Source: Octopus sinensis (lineage: Eukaryota). Taken from it: 64,000 bases of DNA. The stretch's first letter is position 1, and the number at the start of each line of letters is the position of its first letter. A model generated the notes under the pieces. That model had not been told where the DNA came from, did no database searches, and saw only the letters and a list, made by a program, of their open reading frames with translations. The stretch is from assembly GCF_006345805.1 (NCBI RefSeq), contig NC_043006.1, forward strand, positions 82,770,001 through 82,834,000, in the 5' to 3' direction. The translations under genes and the position numbers were made by a program. Below are positions 45,878-56,289 of the stretch, in pieces.

Positions 45878-45880
<3 letters not shown>
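44850..45880 (-). mobile_element. Helentron-associated (HINE/DINE-1-like) non-autonomous element, composite
   Basis: On (-): TT|acctccacc..ggcggaggt (5' subTIR + IR, 45855-45880); 3' subTIR ggcggaagt (44871-44879) followed by a gcgct/agtgc hairpin and TT; internal (aaac)n. Confidence 0.6.
45060..45300 (-). pseudogene. Gypsy-type integrase C-terminal (GPF/GPY motif) fragment
   Basis: THVLVHNDVDKPRLTASHAGPFRFLSRTD..FSTDLNGRKDTISVNILKKTF fits the pattern HVFVRxD...PY.GPF.V..R.DK.F....NG..DTVSIDRLKPA. Confidence 0.7.
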
Positions 45881-45938
<58 letters not shown>

Positions 45939-46130
45939 GTGTCAAATTTTGGCACTGGGCCAGCAACATTGGGGGAGGGTGCTAGTCGATTACATCGACC
46001 TCAGTGTTTAACTGGTACTTAATTTATCGACCCCCCCCCACCAAAAGGATGAAAGGCAAAGTCGACCTAGTTATTATAATAATCATAACTCAGAACGTTA
46101 AGACTGACGAAATACTGCTACACACGCCAC

Positions 46131-46172
<42 letters not shown>

Positions 46173-46175
46173 TTG

Positions 46176-46232
<57 letters not shown>

Positions 46233-46295
46233 CAACAACAACAACAATAATAATAATAATGATAATAATAATAATAATAACAATAATAATAATAA

Positions 46296-49131
46296 CCCTG
46301 TGGATAAATAACATCCAAAACAAAATAAAAATAATTAGAAAAGACCTGTCGATTCTTAATGAAATCAGCAAACAAGCAACGCTACTGAGCAACAAAAAGA
46401 GAACAAAAATGCTTCGCAAATATAACATCACAGAGAAAGATTTGCCGGAGATAAAAGAAAAGCTGAAGCAAGATATCCTTGCCAAAGCTGAAAAGGATCC
46501 GCCGGTACGAGAAACGCCAACGCTTCTTTGAACAGAACAAAAAGTTCAACTCCGACCCCAAAAAGTTCTACCAAGAACTGGGCAAAAATAAAATAGAAGT
46601 CACTGCAGCACCAACGGCAGAAGAATTGGAAGAATTCTGGAGAGAAATATGGTCGGCGAACGAACAGCCAAAAAAAAGGAGTATGAAAATAACAAACTCG
46701 GCATCTGAACAACTTTGGACCCCCATAACAACTGAAGAGGTCACCCAGGCACTGCAAAGACTAAGCAACTGGAAGGCACCTGGGCATGACAAGATCCCCA
46801 ACTTCTGGTTGAAATATCTAACAGGAATGCACAAAAAGCTGGCTGAAAACTTTAACAGCATACTAGCAGAGCCAGAGACAATGCCTGAATGGCTCACGAA
46901 GGGGAAAACCATCTTAATTCCCAAATCAAATGAAACAACAAAACCAGAAAACTACAGACCAATAACCTGCCTCCCTACTATGTTCAAGGCATTTACAGTA
47001 GTGATATCGCAAAGGCTGAACAAGCACCTGGACGAAAACAAACTGTTCCCAGAAGAGCAGAAAGGATGCCGCAAAGGCTCATATGGCTGTAAAGATCAAC
47101 TAATGATTAATAAAGCCGTAACTGAAGACAGCCACAGAAAGAAGAAAGGCCTCAGTATGGCCTGGATCGACTACAAAAAGGCGTTTGATAGCATCCCCCA
47201 CACATGGATCCTCGAAACACTAGCCATTAACAAAGTAGCACCAACAATCATAAAATTCATAGAGCACTCTATGAATAAATGGCAAACAGTCCTACACCTC
47301 CAAACAAAAGAGGGACTCATGAAAACCAAAGACATCCCCATTAGAAGAGGAATATTCCAGGGAGACACGCTCTCCCCACTCCTTTTCTGCTTGGCACTGT
47401 CACCTCTATCTGATATGCTAAATAGAACTAGATGCGGATATAAATGTTACGGCAAAACGATCAGCCACCTTTTATATATGGATGACCTAAAACTATACGC
47501 TGCAAATGACAAACAGCTGGAAACACTATTAAAGACAGTTCATGGATTTACCAAAGAAATAGATATGAAATTTGGATTAGAAAAATGCGCCAAAGTAACC
47601 ATGAAAAGAGGAAAACTAGTTAAGAGTAACAACATCACACTAGATAAAACCAATGAAATAAAAGAATTAGACCAAAGCCAAACTTACAAATACTTAGGAA
47701 TCCATGAACTAGATAAGACACAACACACACAAATGAAAGAGAAAATAAAAAAAGAATATTATAGACGAGTTAGATCAATACTAAAAACAGAGCTCAATGC
47801 TAAAAACAAGATAATAGGTATCAACACTTTAGCTGTCCCAGTTATAAGTTACAGCTACAATATCCTTAACTGGACAGGAAATGAACTGTCCAAAATAGAT
47901 AGGAAAACAAGAAAAATACTGACAGGATCTAGGATGCATCACCCAAAATCTGACATAGAAAGACTATATATACAACGTATAGAAGGTGGTAGAGGCCTTA
48001 TACAGCTAGAAAACTACTATAAAATAACCACCATAGCACTGCAAAAATACCTACTTCAGAAGGAAGGAAAACTGATCCAGATAGCAGCAAAACACGAGGA
48101 AAACAAAAAACTGTTCTCAGTATTTAAGGAAGCTGACAAATACAAACAAGAAATCATACCACCTAATAAACACAAAGAAGAAGAAGAAGATGATGAAGAA
48201 ACAACAAAAGCTATAAAACAAATGAAATCCAAACTAAAAATAGAACAGCAACGAGCCATGATAAAACGATGGCAAGAAAAGCCCCTTCATGGTAAATACT
48301 GCACTAAACTAAACGCAAAAGAAATAGACAAAGAAAAATCCCAGCAATGGTTGAGAAGCTCAGGACTCAAAGCAGAAACAGAGGGATTTTTAATTGCAGC
48401 ACAAGACCAAAGCCTCCCCTCCAGAAATTACCAAAAACATGTAATGAAAAGAAATATTACAAGTAACTGCAGAATATGTGGAGATGGACAAGAAACAATA
48501 AATCAAATTTTCTCTAACTGCCCAGTCCTGGTTAAGAAGGAATATATTCACAGACATGACAGAGTTGGAACCTACATACATTGGAAGCTATGCCAACATT
48601 ATGGAGTAACAATAGAAAAAAGATGGTATAGGCACACACCAGAAAAGGTCACAGAAAACGAGAAAGCAACCATACTACGGGATATGCCGATACACACAGA
48701 TAGAGAAATTAAGGCCAACAGACCAGATATAGTTGTCAGAGATCATGAGGAAAAAAAATGCTTTCTAATTGATGTATCAATACCGGCAGATTACAACGTG
48801 TCTCTAAAAGAAATGGAGAAACTCTCAAAATACAAAGACCTGGAAATAGAGGTAACTAGAATGTGGAACCTGAAAACAGAAACAATTCCTATCATAGTAG
48901 GTGCATTAGGCATGATAAAAAAATATTCAGACAAATACATAACAAAAACACCAGGACTTACAAACACATATAACATACAGAAAATTGCACTACTAGGCAC
49001 TGCACACATCCTACGCAGAACACTTTCCATACAATAACCATCAGAGCATCACAACAAATCACATCACATACCCAAGGCACACAGAGCTGCGCTCGGTAGT
49101 GAAGTGAAAGCACGCTATAAAAATAAAACTA

Positions 49132-49134
<3 letters not shown>
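46296..49134 (+). mobile_element. 5'-truncated Dong/R4-clade non-LTR retrotransposon inserted in (TAA)n
   Basis: RT + REL ORF, ~97-nt 3' UTR, and (TAA)n on both flanks, which is the known target of Dong elements. Confidence 0.9.
46479..49037 (+). CDS. RT + CCHC + REL endonuclease ORF (852 aa open; continues upstream via a +1 frameshift at the A-run 46491-46494)
   Basis: KAPGHD, NYRPITCL, DYKKAFDS, GIFQGDTLSPLLF, YMDD, YKYLG, CRIC-x8-Q-x4-C, RHD, RPDIV..IDV..KY. Confidence 0.92.
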   Translation: MPKLKRIRRYEKRQRFFEQNKKFNSDPKKFYQELGKNKIEVTAAPTAEELEEFWREIWSANEQPKKRSMKITNSASEQLWTPITTEEVTQALQRLSNWKAPGHDKIPNFWLKYLTGMHKKLAENFNSILAEPETMPEWLTKGKTILIPKSNETTKPENYRPITCLPTMFKAFTVVISQRLNKHLDENKLFPEEQKGCRKGSYGCKDQLMINKAVTEDSHRKKKGLSMAWIDYKKAFDSIPHTWILETLAINKVAPTIIKFIEHSMNKWQTVLHLQTKEGLMKTKDIPIRRGIFQGDTLSPLLFCLALSPLSDMLNRTRCGYKCYGKTISHLLYMDDLKLYAANDKQLETLLKTVHGFTKEIDMKFGLEKCAKVTMKRGKLVKSNNITLDKTNEIKELDQSQTYKYLGIHELDKTQHTQMKEKIKKEYYRRVRSILKTELNAKNKIIGINTLAVPVISYSYNILNWTGNELSKIDRKTRKILTGSRMHHPKSDIERLYIQRIEGGRGLIQLENYYKITTIALQKYLLQKEGKLIQIAAKHEENKKLFSVFKEADKYKQEIIPPNKHKEEEEDDEETTKAIKQMKSKLKIEQQRAMIKRWQEKPLHGKYCTKLNAKEIDKEKSQQWLRSSGLKAETEGFLIAAQDQSLPSRNYQKHVMKRNITSNCRICGDGQETINQIFSNCPVLVKKEYIHRHDRVGTYIHWKLCQHYGVTIEKRWYRHTPEKVTENEKATILRDMPIHTDREIKANRPDIVVRDHEEKKCFLIDVSIPADYNVSLKEMEKLSKYKDLEIEVTRMWNLKTETIPIIVGALGMIKKYSDKYITKTPGLTNTYNIQKIALLGTAHILRRTLSIQ

Positions 49135-49208
<74 letters not shown>

Positions 49209-49689
49209 GAGTGTATTGATTTTCATAAATTTAAGAATAAAAATTACGTTAAGAAGAAATTCAATATTAATATTAAAATGTGTATATAAATAAAAGAAAT
49301 AATAAATCAAGAAATATAATTTGGTATAAGGTACTATTCAAAAGCTACCAATATTCCACGAAAATTCTTTGCTGCACTAGATAAATACTTCCCACATTCA
49401 AATTGGCAAATTATTTAATCATCATGGTATAAGATTTTCCTATTCAACGACCAGAAATTTGGCTGTGATTAAGGCAGTATATAACAAACGATAATTAGGG
49501 AATATCTCAACTCAAAATCTGTAAGTATTGCAAAATTAACTCTAATGATAATTTTCCTAAACTAAATTTCGATTCTTTAAGTAAACGTAATTCCGACTCT
49601 GATTATACAATTAAGTTAACTCTTAGTTTTAAAATTAATTATAATACTAATAATAATCCTACCTTAATTCTGAGAGGTGGACTAGTAAG

Positions 49690-50115
49690 GGATCTTTTCA
49701 GTTTGAACGGCAGTTTTTTAAAATAATTTCCACGTAACTAAACACTTTTAAACTTCGTATACCGGTAGAACGTGTTTATAAAACATCTTATTCTCTTGGC
49801 TTTATTGAGAAAATTCTATAGTTTGTAAAATATTTGTTGTTGTTTTCTTCAATTTCTGCAATTTCAACCAATCAATGACGTCTATTGAGGTGAAAACCTT
49901 CTGTGCCGTATGAATATGTCCCTCGTTTAAGAAACATTGGGTTTATTTACATTTCTGAAGAAAAAAGATACCTTTCCCCCACCCCTAACCCTAACCCTAA
50001 CTAACCCTAACCCTAAAACAGATTGAAATGCAATAGATCCATACTAGGGTCATATTATGGGTGACAATTTCATATGACACAACTAGAAAAACTGCCGTTC
50101 AAACCGAAAAGATCC
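49690..50115. mobile_element. 426-bp MITE with 28-bp TIRs and internal (CCCTAA)n
   Basis: ggatcttttc(a/g)gtttgaacggcagtttt at both ends, a possible 2-bp AG TSD, and an imperfect CCCTAA run at 49983-50016. Confidence 0.85.
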
Positions 50116-50430
50116 AGGTCTTATTGTCTTTTTTTATATTTTTGCCTTGTTCTTTGGAAAAAACCTACTCTTCTTTGAAGAAACAATTCACGCTACTTTT
50201 TACAGACCATTTTTTACAGACTGTTTTCTAAACATGAGAAATGTAAGTAGGAATGCAAATTTTGATTTTATACTCCACAAAACATTTTAGGAGTTGCGCT
50301 TGTACCCTCCGCACTCCCTCTTCCCGGGCCCGTGAGTGTCCCTACAAGAACCATGAATTACAACCGTTACATTTTAACCATGCAAATTTTGAAATAAAAT
50401 GTAAAAATCCTACCCTGCTTTAGTAATAAA

Positions 50431-51867
50431 CTAGCATCATGACCCGACGTTGCCGGGTCATAGTGCTAATGCATGTATGTATGTGTATATATATGTGTAC
50501 ATATTACATGTACATCTATATATATACATCTACACATAAAATACGAAATATAAAGTTATATCTTGATATCGCTAGTGATAACAATACTCAAAATATATAA
50601 CAGACTGGAATTGTAGGCCCGTCTCTTGCAATTTCGATCAATTGGATCTTGTCCTCCCTCTTGTATAGAAGTGTGGCTACAATCCAGCCTACCTCTACTT
50701 CTTGGGGGACATTTTTAATCCGGGACGTCCTACGTCCCAGATATAAAGGTAAAAATAAAATATTTCCACTTTGCAAGGTTCGAGTCGAGTACTCCCTTGC
50801 ACGCTCCATTGACTCGAACCCTGCTTCTATTGTGGCGAATTTACCGCCTCTGGTTAGATATCTTTCATAGTCGCACCAAGACACTTTCCTCCTGGCGTTC
50901 AAATCTTTTGTTTTCTCTACATTGTATACTTTATAGACAATAGTCTTTTCTTTACTTTAATTTTTTATTTCGTTTGGTGGTGTTATCCTAGATTCACCGT
51001 CTTTGTCGGTGATCAATCCGTATTTCTTCCATTTTAATTTTAATGAGTTCGCGCCCGCCGACGGCTGCAGCGAAATTTCAATTCTTAAACAATAAACAAA
51101 GCTCCTTCTCCCAAAGGGGGAGGGTTTCACTTTACAATTATTTAACAAATGCAACACAACAATGTTTCCTTTACGAGGAACCGACAAACGTGATAACAAT
51201 AGTTAAACAGTAATAATAATAACAACAAACCTTACGATGAATCAGAAAGCAGTAAGCAGTTGAAGAAATAAACCAACAGCAGTATTCTGTAGAAGTGGCT
51301 GTTCGAGAAAACAGATATTACAAACAGCCAAACTTCATATAGATACTTAATGCTAGCTAATTAGCAGATAATCTGATGTAAAAGCACAGCTCCATCTGAA
51401 CTATTCCATTTCTGCACGCTAATTCTATTTTTAATTTATTCCCATTGATGTGAAACCACTTATTCAAGTTCAAGTCATTGATGCAATTTTATACCAATTA
51501 CTATTTTTACTTTTGTTATGTTACGATTATATTATACTTTAGTTTGATTTTAATTATTACTTACTACATATAATTCAATTGTTATTATTTTTATTGTTAA
51601 AGTGGAAGTATCTGACATAAAATAGAGAAATGTTTTTGTTTCACTTTTAACACGTAATACTGAAATAGTGGAGAAGATATGATATTGCTATGGGCTCGCT
51701 CTAGGCAAGAAGTTAAACATCTTTTTGCCGATGACACTCCCCTGACCCTAAGTAAGGCATGTGTAAAATTTGAATGAAATTGGTTGTGTAGTTTTCAAGT
51801 TTTAGGGAAACACACAGACTACAGACAGACAGACAGACACACATTCTCAGCTTTATATATAGAGAGA
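50431..51867 (-). mobile_element. Complete non-autonomous Helitron (1437 bp) carrying an ORF1-like fragment
   Basis: Host A|TCTCTCTATATATAAAG at 51867; 3' hairpin atgacccggcaacgtcgggtcat then CTAG|T at 50434-50430. Confidence 0.85.
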
Positions 51868-52058
51868 TTATAGCGCAGATTCGAGCGAAATTTGCCATAT
51901 GCTTATAACAGAATATATTCTACGGTGAACCATTTGCTTTCAAATGCGATCCGACTTGTTTGTTCTAGAAATAAATATATTTTGAGAGGCTTATCGCACA
52001 ATTTATATGAATTCTTCAACGAATAAAAAGAATTCTACAATATATTTCTGCCATTCAG

Positions 52059-52206
52059 CAAAAAAAACCATTCCGTATAATTTTGCAATTAACCAACGTC
52101 CCCAGGATAATCCTATAATCAGTATAGACGTACTGGCAACGGCATGCCGAGGCTCTCATTCACCAATAACTTATGAATGGGTGGATGAGAAAACATGGCA
52201 GAATCG
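52059..52206 (+). CDS. Candidate host exon (148 nt) encoding a degenerate cadherin-repeat-like segment
   Basis: Acceptor tttctgccattcag|, weak donor CG|GTAGAC. The open frame (A)KKTIPYNFAINQRPQDNPIISIDVLATACRGSHSPITYEWVDEKTWQN resembles YxFxIxE..P....V.ATDxDG.N..ITY. It sits in non-repetitive-looking DNA. Confidence 0.4.
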
Positions 52207-52429
52207 GTAGACACTTTGATAATATGATTTGCAATATTTAACCACGTCACTTTTATGTCTTATGTTCGAATCTCACTTGAATCATTCATGTTCTAAATTT
52301 TATCACGGAATCGCTAAAATATGTACCAGTGAAGTACTGAGGTCGACCTATTCGGTAAAATACGCCTCCCCGAAAATATGAATCCTTTTTCCGATGTTAG
52401 AAATCATTGCTGATTTTAATACAGTCGGA

Positions 52430-54430
52430 TGTTAGAATGGTTAGGGCGAAGGAAAAAGATTATTTGCAGTATTTCCTCCGTTATTTTACGATCTGAGTTC
52501 AAATCCCAGAGTGGTCAACTTTGCGCTTTCTCCCTCCGGATCGATAAGTGCCACTCAAAGTACTGGGTGTGAAGGTATCGCCTGACTTCTTCCCCACAAA
52601 GTTGTTGGTCTTGTACCTAAATTAGAAATTATTAAGTTCAGACTATAGTTCTGGGGAAAACGCTTAGCGATATTTCTTACATTCCGAATTCAAACCCCGC
52701 CGTTGTCCCCTTTGCTTTTCATCATTCTGGTTTCGAGAAAAGAAACTACTGGTCAAAATATTGGGGTCAATGGGATTGATTAAGCTCTTCATGTCAAAAT
52801 TGTTCGTCTTGTGCCTAATTGAGAAAGACCTATTGTACATACAAATCTTGAAATTTCGTAGTGGAATGTTAGTCATTATATCCAATAGTATTTGACGAGA
52901 ACTTTCTTTTAAGTATACTGTTTATATTAGTCCTAGCGTCCTTATCTTGATTGTTGCGTTCACTATGTTTCGCCTGTTGTGCGCTCCAGCCATCTTCAGG
53001 TATCTTGTATTGAAGTTAGTTGTTGTGTCGGAATTTCGACATAATCTTTTATTGATCCACGGAGATACAACAACAGAGTCCAACACAAGACACTCCGGAA
53101 AGACCATAGATTAGTGAAAGCAACAATTTAAATGGGGACACGAGCTCAACCAATATAAACAGTATGCATAATATAAATTCCTCATCTCAGAAATATAGAA
53201 TTGTGTCAACTTTATTGACAAGCATAGAGATTTGAACTGAGAACGTAAGACCCGAAACAAATATCCCAAGACATTTTATTCGACGGTCTGTTGTTAAAAA
53301 TAAATTAAGAGTACTTAGAAAAGTCGGTGAGGTAGCAGAATCGTTAGAGCGTCGGAAGACTGTCAGGCGGCATTTTTGCCAGCTCCTTAAGCTCAAAGTT
53401 CAAATTTCACCGCGGTCAACTTTGCCTTTCATTCCTTCCATGTTGATACAAGAAAGTGTTCTTCCCCTCAAATTGCTGGCCCGCCTTGAGCCTAAGTTGA
53501 AAACCATTATTAATACTATTTATTTTGAGTACGACAGTGATCTGGCAGAATCGTTAGCACACCGGGCAAAATGCTTAACAGCAACATTTCCTCCGTCTTT
53601 ACCGTCTGAGTTCAAATTCCGCCGAGCTCGACTTTCCATTTCCTCCTTTCGTGAGTGATAAAATAAGTACCAACGGGTTACTAGGTTCGCTGTAATTGAC
53701 TTAACCCCTACCCCAGAATTGCTGGCCTTGAACCAAAATTTGAAATCAATACTATTCAAAGTAAGATTGCGGTCTGGCAGAATTGTTAGTGCATCGAACA
53801 AAATGCTTAGCGGTATTTCGTCTGCCGCTACGTTCTGAATTCAAATTCCGCCGAGGTCGACTTTCCCTTTCATCCTTTCGGGGTTGATTAAATAAGTACC
53901 AGTTACGCACTGGAGTCGATATAATCGACTTAATCCGTTTGTCTGTCCTTGTTTGTCCTCTGTGTTTAGCCCCTTGTGGGTAGTAAAGAAATAGGTATTT
54001 TGTCTGCCGTTACGTTCTGAGTTCAAATTCCGCCGAGGTCGACTTTGCCTTTCATCCTTTCGGGGTCGATTAAATAAGTACCTATTCCTTTACTACTCAC
54101 AAGGGGCTAAACACAGAGAGGACAAACAAGGACAGACAAACGGATTAAGTCGATTACATCGACCCCAGTGCGTAACTGGTACTTAATTTATCGACCCCGA
54201 AAGGATGAAAGCAAAGTCAACGTCGGCGGAAGTTGTACTCAGAACGTAACGGCAGACGAAATACGGCTACGCATTTCGTCCGGCGTGCTAACGTTTCTGC
54301 CAGCTCGCCGCTCTCGATTAATAAGTACCAGTTACGCATTGGGGTCGATATAATCGACTTAATCCGTTTGTCTGTCCTTGTTTGTCCTCTCTGTGTTTAG
54401 CCCCTTGTGGGTTGTAAAGAAATAGGTATT
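52430..54430. mobile_element. Cluster of SINE family B copies, including a dimer with a nested antisense copy (54082-54311); a further copy lies at ~55665-55860
   Basis: Repeated gagttcaaattccgccgaggtcgactttgcctttcatcc core in both orientations. Confidence 0.85.
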
Positions 54431-55544
54431 TCGGATTTTTACATTCTAAATTCAAATCACACCAAGGGCAAGTTTTCCTTTCCCTCGTCAGAATTAGCCA
54501 CGTGTCGGGTCGAAGCCGCTTTCCTCAAAATTGTTGACCGTGTGCCAAAATGAAAAATATCTATATAGTTTAAGTTTGTAACTCAACAAGGAGTTGAAAC
54601 CGACTCGCATAATTGATTTACTGACAACTATTCTCCCGTTTTGACAATCGCTATACATTATGGTGCTGGTGATAGTGGCAGTAGAGGCATGGATGGTTAG
54701 GATAACAAGCGTCTAGACTATCTAAAACATACGTGCACATCAAATTTACGTCTTGCATGAGAGAAAGTTTTTTAATAGGTTTTAAAGATTTGATTAACAT
54801 TAAATGTAAAATCCTAAGGACACCTAATTGGTAACATGACTTTTATCTAATATGTTTTAAAATAATCTTAATACTTTCATCCATCTGTCCAAACCTACCT
54901 ACCTACATATATACTTATGTGCATACATACATAGCATCAAATGTAGTTTTATATGAAATATTCGTTTATATACCTAATTACGTATATTGTTCGCACGCAT
55001 GCATTACCGTTCTCATATATATGTATGTATGCATGATATATATATATAATATATGCATCTACGTTCGTGTATATGTGAAGTTTGGTGCTTGTTTCTGTCT
55101 GAACATATTTTGAAACAAACTGTTGTTTTTTCTTAAGAACAGACATAGCGATAGATAAAGAGAGAGAGAGAGAGAGAGGGAGGGGAGACGAGGGAGGGAG
55201 AGGTGAGAGAAGAGAATACTATAAACTAGTTTCCGGATGTCTAGAGTATACACGCAACATGCATGCGATTATAGAATTTAAAATTTACGTTTCGCCATTT
55301 AAGATGCTTCTCAGCTTCTTTCCTTAATGACAGCAGCAATTCAACTCAAAATCTCTAAGTAGCTCATGCTAATTCTGTCCAGTCTCTGCTTTGTTTTTAA
55401 AACACTTCCTGAAATAAAGCAATTTTCCTTTTTCAATTTGAAGTAAAAGATGTGTAGCATAGGCTTCTAGATAAATCTACTTCCCGAGTTAATCTATTTC
55501 ACTTATGTCATTATATATATGTACGTGTGTTTATATATTATATA

Positions 55545-55596
<52 letters not shown>

Positions 55597-55624
55597 ACAC
55601 GTACATATATTAATGACATAAGTG

Positions 55625-55667
<43 letters not shown>

Positions 55668-56289
55668 GCGGTGGGCTGGCAGAAACGTTAGCATGCTTAG
55701 CGGGATTTCATCTGTCTGAGTTCAAATTCCAGCGAGGTTGACTTTGCCTTTTATCCTTTCACTGTCGATAAATCAAGTATCTGTTGTGTACTGGAGTCGA
55801 TCTAATCGATTGGCCCCTCTCACCCAAAGTTTCAGGCCTTGTGCATAGAGTAGAAAAGATTATATACATATATAAGTATGTGTGTGTGTGTAAATGACAT
55901 GTATATGTATCTATACACGCACTGACACACATATACATATCTATAGGACGATCTTAGTCAAGTGATGAGAAAAAAACTAATATTCAAGAAAGAAGGCAAT
56001 TAATTTTATAATGTAGCTTATGTATTTTTTAAATACCAAACTTACACCTTGTCTTCATTACCCTCGTTTGGGTGATTACAAATTCCGAGGGTCTGATACT
56101 CAAGAGACGTATGTAGCCTATATTTTAACTACTCTATTTCCTAAATTCTGTAAATTTGAAATATATATATATATATATGTGTGTGGGGGGTGGGTGTATG
56201 TGTGTGTGTGTATCTGTGCGTGTGTATGTATATATATATATATAATATGTGTGTGTATACATGTATGTGTGTGTATATGTATATATATA

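Noticed and set aside
49983-50016. True telomere or chromosome-fusion site
   Set aside because: Only about five imperfect units, in a single orientation, inside a MITE.
56017-56108. Possible third exon (LHYPRLGDYKF, GTATGT donor), vaguely LDYE-like
   Set aside because: The only plausible acceptor gives phase 0, which is incompatible with the 52059-52206 exon, and the similarity is weak.
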